Shown: piece after piece, positions 35,201-38,265 of the stretch
How the letters are laid out: the number at the start of each line of letters is the position of its first letter
Numbering within the stretch: the first letter of the stretch is position 1
Notes under the pieces: model-generated
What the model was told of the DNA's origin: nothing
Seen by the model: the letters and a program-made list of their open reading frames with translations, nothing else
Databases searched by the model: none
Assembly: GCA_002269645.1 (NCBI GenBank)
Contig: NIVC01001043.1
Location: forward strand, 1-38,265
Length of the DNA stretch: 38,265 bases
Direction of reading: 5' to 3'
Source: Macrostomum lignano
Taxonomy: Eukaryota
Made by a program: the position numbers and the translations under genes

Positions 35201-35720
35201 ATTGGATGTTGGGAATTGCGATGTGAGGTATTTGGGTGTGAGGAATAGGGTTGTGGAGTATTGGATGTTGGGAATTGGGGTGTTGGGGTATTTGGGTGTG
35301 GAGAATTAGGGTGTGGGGTATTGGGGTGTGGGTATTGGGTGTTAGGAATTGGGGTGTGCGGCATTAGGGTTTGGTATTCTTAGAATCGTCAACAGGTATT
35401 CTTAGAATCGTGAGCAGGTATTCTTAGAATCGTGAACAGGTATTCTCAGACTTGTCAACAGGTATTCTTAGAATGGTCTACAGGTATTCTTAGAATCTTT
35501 AACAGGTATTAACCAGCCCCATTCAAAAACCCCAGACGCCCTCGGCTTCACCTCTGGGGTCACCTGGAACAGTCTGGACGCCGTGGCGGACCGCGACTTC
35601 GCCTCGGAGTTCCAGTTCGCGGCCGCCATGATTGGCAACCACCTGAGCCGCCTCGCCGAGGACCTGATCCTCTTCTGCAGCAAGGAGTTCGGCTTCGTCA
35701 CGCTGTCGGACGCGTACAGC

Positions 35721-35752
<32 letters not shown>

Positions 35753-36531
35753 CGCGGACAGTCTGGAGCTCATCCGCGGCAAAACCGGACGGCTGTGCGG
35801 CCACCTGGTGTCCCTGCTCATGGTGCAGAAGTCCTTGCCCAGCGCCTTCAACAAGGACCTGCAGGAGGACAAGGAGGGCTTGTTCGACTCAGCTGACACC
35901 GTGTCAGCCGTGGTTCGAATCGCCGACGGCGTGGTGGCCACCCTGACGGTGCACCCAGAGGCCTGCGCCGGCGCCCTCAGCTGCGACATGTTGGCCACCG
36001 ACCTGGCCTACTATTTGGTGCGCCGCGGGGTGCCGTTCAGGGAGGCCCACGCCGCCTCCGGGCGTTGCGTGGCGCTGGCCGAAGCCAAGGCGTGTCAGCT
36101 GCACCAGCTGACCTTTGAGGACTTCCGGACTTCCTGACTGACTGACTGACTGACTGACTGACTGACTGACTGACTGACTGACTGACTGACTGACTGACTG
36201 ACTGACTGACTGACTGACTGACTGACTGACTGACTGACTGACTGACTGACTGACTGACTGACTGACTGACTGACTGACTGACTGACTGACTGACTGACTG
36301 ACTGACTGACTGACTGACTGACTGACTGACTGACTGACTGACTGACTGACTGACTGACTGACTGACTGTCCCCAATCATCCCGCAGCGAGAAATTCGGCG
36401 AAGACGTCACCCAGCTGTGGGACTTTGAGACGAGCGTTGAGCAGTACGGCGCCTTCGGCGGCACCGCCCTGGAGTCCGTTCGCCAGCAGGTGGCTGCCTT
36501 CAGGCGGTGGCTGGGGGACGAGCAGAAGTGA
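32291..36531 (+). CDS. ASL: Argininosuccinate lyase; exons 32291-32326 (tentative), 33596-33937, 34316-34621, 35536-~36134, 36387-36531; two lesions in this sequence
   Basis: Hallmark motifs [104 protein letters not shown]. One base is missing at about 34543, and there is no GT donor before the (ACTG)n tract. Exon 1 ([15 protein letters not shown]|GTGAGG) is less certain. Confidence 0.93.
32375..32560 (+). mobile_element. Diverged/truncated SINE-like copy
   Basis: GGTCACATTCATTT, TGTACATGCCTGACG..AAAGTTAAGGGCCTCTGTACATCCTGTGTGAG..TGCCTGCGTAC align with the body of the 33218-33579 SINE. Confidence 0.65.
32581..32782. repeat. 37-bp tandem repeat (AGGCCAAGATGCTCACAGCCCCATGAAAAAGGGATCC), about 5.4 identical copies
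   Basis: Copies start at 32581, 32618, 32655, 32692, 32729 and 32766. Confidence 0.95.
32785..33195 (-). mobile_element. Dispersed GAGTC/GACTC-rich element, copy 2 (ASL intron 1)
   Basis: Its reverse complement shares three blocks with 9345-9725, in a different order. Confidence 0.65.
33218..33579 (+). mobile_element. Full-length tRNA-derived SINE with poly(A) tail and 13-bp target-site duplication
   Basis: A-box TAGCCCAGCGG (33227-33237), B-box-like GGCTCGATTCC (33270-33280), A11 tail at 33569-33579, TSD ATCCCGAACCCTC at 33203-33215 and 33579-33591. Confidence 0.85.
33990..34278. repeat. 31-33-bp minisatellite (GTAGCTTGGGGACTGACCCCTCATTATCCAT)
   Basis: About 9 copies; ASL intron 2. Confidence 0.9.
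34628..35372. repeat. G-rich repeat (GGAGAATTGGGGTGT / GGGGTATTGGGGTGT)
   Basis: ASL intron 3; dense G3-G4 runs on the sense strand. Confidence 0.93.
35373..35510. repeat. 22-bp tandem repeat (GGTATTCTTAGAATCGTCAACA), about 6 copies
   Basis: Seen directly, just upstream of the exon-4 acceptor. Confidence 0.9.
36134..36368. repeat. Pure (ACTG)n microsatellite, about 58 units
   Basis: Makes up almost all of the last ASL intron. Confidence 0.97.
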
Positions 36532-36904
36532 CGAGATGATTGAAACAGAAACTTTCTGACAACTGCAATATTTAGCTGAATTAGGCAAATCACTGCAGGT
36601 ATCATCGCGTTTCTGCTAGCTCTATGAGTACTAATAGAATTGCATGCAGTTCATCACGATTCACTGGCATGATAAATGCGAATCTTCAGGCCAACTGGTA
36701 TGCGGAATTCTGCTTTATTCTTAGGTTCAACCATTTTCTGCTGAAATTTTCTAATCATTTTTTATGGTGTGCGATTCTTATTGCTGATTTCGAATGGTTA
36801 TATGACCTTAATTGTTCACCTGATTTACAACTCCTAACCTTTATCTTCATTGAGACGAGAAGAGATTTTAAGAGTGAAAACATAAGATATGGATAAACCG
36901 CCTC

Positions 36905-38020
36905 ACTGACTGACAGACCGAAAGACAGACAGGCAGACACTGGGACAGGCAGGGACAGGCAGACACTGGACAGGCAGACACTGGGACAGGCAGACACTGG
37001 GACAGGCAGACACTGGACAGGCAGACACTGGACAGACAGACACTGGACAGGCAAACAATGGGACAGGCAGGGACAGGCAGACACTGGGACAGGCAGGGAC
37101 AGGCAGACACTGGACAGGCAGACACTGGGACAGACAGACACTGGGACAGGCAGACACTGGGACAGGCAGACACTGGGACAGGCAGACACTGGACAGGCAG
37201 GGACAGGCAGACACTGGGACAGGCAGGGACAGGCAGACACTGGACAGGCAGACACTGGACAGAAAGACACTGGGACAGGCAGACACTGGGACTGGCAGAC
37301 ATTGGGACTGCAGAGACTGGGACAGGCAGACACTGGGACAGGCAGACACTGGGACAGACAGACCCTGGGACAGGCAGACACTAGGACAGGCAGAGACTGG
37401 ACAGGCAGACACTAAGACAGACAGACACTAGGACAGACAGACACTTGGACAGGCAGGGACAGGCAGACACTGGGACAGACAGACCCTGGACAGGCAGACA
37501 CTGGGACAGGCAGGGACAGGCAGGGCCAGGCAGAGACTGGGACAGGCAGACACTGGGACTGGCAGACACTGGGACAGGCAGACACTGGGACTGGCAGACA
37601 CTGGGACTGGCAGACACTGGACTGGCAGACACTGGGACTGGCAGACACTGGGACAGACAGATACTGGGACAGGCAGGGACAGGCAGACACTGGACAGACA
37701 GACCCTGGGACAGGCAGACACTGGGACAGGCAGGGACAGGCAGAGACTGGGCAGGCAGACACTGGGACAGACAGACCCTGGACAGGCAGACACTGGGACA
37801 GGCAGGGACAGGCAGAGACTGGGACAGGCAGACACTGGACTGGCAGACACTGGACAGGCAGACACTGGGACTGGCAGACACTGGGACAGACAGACACTGG
37901 ACAGGTAGGGAAAGGCAGACACTGGGACAGGCAAACACTGGGACAGGCAGACACTGGGACAGGCAGACACTGGACAGGCAGACACTGGGACAGACAGACC
38001 CTGGGACAGGCAGACACAAA
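36905..38020. repeat. GACAGG/GACACTGG complex microsatellite
   Basis: Downstream of ASL; source of the Cys/Val/Pro-rich minus-strand pseudo-ORFs. Confidence 0.93.
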
Positions 38021-38265
38021 CAGAAACACAGCCAGCTTTGCAAAGACAAGCGATTACCTGTTGTCTGTCACCATTGATTGCCTTATGAATCGCAGTGTTC
38101 GAGCTCTAATGTGCAATTCCAATCATCCATATTAACCATAGCGCAGCGAATTCTGAATTGCTGATTTAATTTTGCTTAATAATCTCTTATCTAACACGCT
38201 GTTTACAAATCGATGTCCTGCATGCTTCCACTTAAGCTGAGCATCCAGTCGCTTAAATTATGCAC

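Noticed and set aside
13540-37440. Bacterial Dcm (CCWGG) as the cause of the CTAG variants
   Set aside because: The varying CTGG sites are preceded by T, A or G rather than C, so they are not CCWGG.
12134-38077. Many long ORFs with periodic peptides ([53 protein letters not shown])
   Set aside because: They are translations of tandem repeats that happen to lack stops; they lie in introns or spacers and have no coding character.

Overview
Eukaryotic (animal) genomic DNA. GC-rich exons, GT-AG introns and a satellite in almost every intron resemble the flatworm Macrostomum, but that is an inference from style only. Four co-oriented + strand genes were built by hand from phase-compatible splice sites: (1) an OTULIN/FAM105-like OTU-fold protein lacking the catalytic His, probably with an N-terminal transmembrane/polyQ exon (5688-11922); (2) a 694-aa HEAT/ARM-repeat protein (16246-21408); (3) a 748-aa protein ending in a lone RBR-type RING1 finger (23518-29848); (4) argininosuccinate lyase (32291-36531), carrying a 1-nt frameshift and a missing splice donor. 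About 25 different tandem arrays, a full-length tRNA-derived SINE with target-site duplication, a second diverged SINE and two copies of a GAGTC/GACTC-rich dispersed element fill the introns and spacers. Bases 1-5300 are unexplained and may be a decayed coding element. Unexplained patterns: recurrent CTGG/CTAG variation across unrelated repeats, nested inverted satellite pairs around the RING gene, RFX X-boxes, and satellites whose units are transcription-factor or splice-signal motifs. Most long ORFs in the supplied track are repeat artefacts. All coordinates and counts are by hand; no database search was run.
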